IMG/VR virus record: IMGVR_UViG_3300022824_000002
Location: 1 to 57,416 of that record
Length of the DNA stretch: 57,416 nt
Strand: one strand, 5' to 3'
Source: a virus
Lineage: Duplodnaviria > Caudoviricetes
Of the stretch, positions 55,356-57,416 are shown in pieces. The position numbers and the translations under genes were made by a program. The first letter of the stretch is position 1. Each line of letters begins with the position of its first letter. The notes beneath the pieces were generated by a model that saw nothing but the letters and a program-made list of their open reading frames with translations, had not been told where the DNA came from and did not search any database.

Positions 55356-56968
55356 TATCTTTCACCCCTAGTTTCTATTTTTAAATCTCCATCAGTAACT
55401 AATGTCACAAAAAATTGGCATTCACTATCTTCTTCAATTTGGGTTAAAAATTCTTTACGAACAGTTTCATCTAGACATTCAAGTTTATCAATACAAATTA
55501 ATTTCAAAGGATTATTTTTAGCGTAAACCCTTGCAATATCAAGACATACACGCACTTGCTTACTAGTAGAAAGATTTTTAATAGGCAGCCCGTTCAACGT
55601 GATAAGATTATCCGAATTAATACCAATCCCATCAAAAGGCAATTCAATAGTTTTTAATAATTCAGCAGGTTTTTCACGGCAATATTGGACAAAATTATCG
55701 TATTCTTGCGCTATCAATTCATTGTTTTCTAGCCGTTTCATGATCCCTTGTAACTCTTTGGCTAGTCCTAAATGTTGTTTCATCGTCTCAACGTGTTTAC
55801 AATTAAATTCCATTGGTTCTGTGTAAATTGCAGGTTTTTCACTTAAATATTTTTCAGCTTTAGTCTTGGTATCTTGTTTTTCGTCAACTTCTCTTTTTTT
55901 ATCATTATTGATTGCTTCCAATTTAGCAGCGTTTTCCCGGTCAATGGCATCTTCTTTTCCAACAAGACCCATTGAGTCAATATTTTTAAGTTCGGTTTGT
56001 TTGGCGGTCTTGTTATTATTTAAAACCTCAATATTTTTTTCAATACTTCTAATCTGTTCCTGGCATGACTCAATGTTTGCATCAATATCGGATATTTCAG
56101 CCTGAATAATACCTTTTTCGCTTTCAATATCCTTGCGAACTTTCGACATTTTAAATTCTTTAAATTCCTGCAATTCTTTTTCTTTCAGCAAATATTTATT
56201 GTTAATTTGTTCAATTATTGACTCATGATCATCAATGATTTTTTGGGCTTTATCACGGTAAACATTAACTTTTTCAGCAGCCCTTAATTCATCATATAAT
56301 TTGCTTAGTTCAATATTCTCCCAATCTGCTATTTGATAGTTATCAGGCAGGCGTTTTGCCACTGCTACTGATTCATTACTAGTGGCCTTAACCGCACTAT
56401 TAGCTTCACGTCTTGCATCGTACCAATACTTTTCCAAGTCCTTAATGATCTGTAGGCCATGTTTGCTATAATCAACTGGCGGAACAATACCGAATTTTTC
56501 TTTTGCTTCTTCTTCTGTATAAGATATAGGCATAAGTCCAAGCAAAATATCCGTCTGTTCAGTATCTTTTTTAGTCATTAAATCAACCGGATTAAAGGCA
56601 AATACATCAGCCTTTTTCTTGCCTTTTTGACCGAACAAATTCTTAAGATAAGATTCAGGTGCTTTTTCTGGTATTCCACCAACCGTAACTTTTGAATTAC
56701 TTGATTCTACGCCTGATTCATCACAGCTTATCGTTCTTTCGACTTTCATCCCATCATCAGTATCTAACTCTATGTAAGCCTTATCTGATCCGCTACGTAC
56801 AAATTTAGCCCTACGTTCAGAGTTATATAAAACTTTTTCAATCGTTTCCAAAATAGAAGTTTTCCCGCGCTCATTTCCACCACTAATAACTGTTATTTGA
56901 CCAGGGTTAAAGGCCAATTCTTCTATCCCAAGACAGTTTTTAATTACCAATCTTTTTATTTTTGACAT
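55355..56968 (-). CDS. SMC/AAA-like ATPase with long coiled coil
   Basis: GGNERGKTS Walker A, LSTS signature, ICIDKLECLD. Confidence 0.9.
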   Translation of the reverse strand: MSKIKRLVIKNCLGIEELAFNPGQITVISGGNERGKTSILETIEKVLYNSERRAKFVRSGSDKAYIELDTDDGMKVERTISCDESGVESSNSKVTVGGIPEKAPESYLKNLFGQKGKKKADVFAFNPVDLMTKKDTEQTDILLGLMPISYTEEEAKEKFGIVPPVDYSKHGLQIIKDLEKYWYDARREANSAVKATSNESVAVAKRLPDNYQIADWENIELSKLYDELRAAEKVNVYRDKAQKIIDDHESIIEQINNKYLLKEKELQEFKEFKMSKVRKDIESEKGIIQAEISDIDANIESCQEQIRSIEKNIEVLNNNKTAKQTELKNIDSMGLVGKEDAIDRENAAKLEAINNDKKREVDEKQDTKTKAEKYLSEKPAIYTEPMEFNCKHVETMKQHLGLAKELQGIMKRLENNELIAQEYDNFVQYCREKPAELLKTIELPFDGIGINSDNLITLNGLPIKNLSTSKQVRVCLDIARVYAKNNPLKLICIDKLECLDETVRKEFLTQIEEDSECQFFVTLVTDGDLKIETRGER

Positions 56969-57163
56969 TTAATACAACCCCTTTACCGAAATTATAATTA
57001 CCTCGCCCTTACCAACTAACGGTTCCTTTTGCCCTGGTGCGGATACTACCCAAACACCACTAGCCCGTTCGTTGACCACGACATTGATGTCGGTATCAAA
57101 CGGCTCTCTGCTCCGTAATTCCTCAACCAAATCCCTAGTGCAAATATCGCTTAACTCACACAT
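56969..57163 (-). CDS. Hypothetical protein
   Basis: ORF track, AGGGGAG RBS. Confidence 0.65.
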   Translation of the reverse strand: MCELSDICTRDLVEELRSREPFDTDINVVVNERASGVWVVSAPGQKEPLVGKGEVIIISVKGLY

Positions 57164-57332
57164 AATATCTCCCCTTTCCCTTAAATACTTTTGATTTATG
57201 ACTCACAACCTCGCCCATATTCCACTTAGGATCATTGGCTACCCATTTACCATTTACCATGCGCCAGCCGTCTTTACGGTATGTTTTAGGCTTGTCTGCA
57301 AGTTTGCATACGATGGGTTTTAATTCAGACAT
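57156..57332 (-). CDS. 58-aa hypothetical protein
   Basis: Manual translation MSELKPIVCK..., GGAGG RBS. Confidence 0.55.
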   Translation of the reverse strand: MSELKPIVCKLADKPKTYRKDGWRMVNGKWVANDPKWNMGEVVSHKSKVFKGKGRYYV

Positions 57333-57416
57333 CACTTACACCTCCGCATCTCATAATTTAAAATGTCTTGAAACGATTCAAGTGGGGTTTTAGTACATTC
57401 AACCCTTGCAGGTGCT

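Noticed and set aside
57330-57416. Direct circular join of window end to position 1
   Set aside because: The end sequence does not continue the 27-bp repeat or its reading frame and no terminal overlap is seen; some sequence is missing

Overview
Near-complete genome (one contig, probably broken at a 27-bp tandem repeat) of a temperate siphovirus of a Firmicute. The host is probably a spore-forming Negativicute, inferred from Firmicute-type LexA, SigH and SigF/G sites together with a proteobacterial/GTA-style tail tip. Almost all genes are on the minus strand. From the high-coordinate end the order is: recombination/replication (SMC-like ATPase, RecT, exonuclease, ERCC4 nuclease, iteron-bearing initiator, SSB), accessory early genes, late activator, terminase, portal-MuF fusion, head, tail and lysis. 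Then comes a plasmid-maintenance block, then the cI/cro switch with antirepressor and early genes. No integrase is visible but a ParA + small partner system with hexamer centromere-like arrays is, so this is most likely a phage-plasmid. Top candidate for an undescribed system: a protein-free replicon-like locus at ~8425-9160. It has a sigma-A promoter for a ~600-nt structured non-coding transcript, a counter-transcribed ~115-nt three-hairpin antisense RNA, a terminator/antiterminator switch, a G5AG4 tract and two inverted perfect DnaA boxes, i.e. ColE1 RNAI/RNAII-like geometry with pT181/pIP501-like attenuation. Next to it is a minimal pilin-like + VirD4-like ATPase module with sporulation-sigma-like promoters. 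All functional calls come from motif recognition by eye; no searches or folding programs were run.
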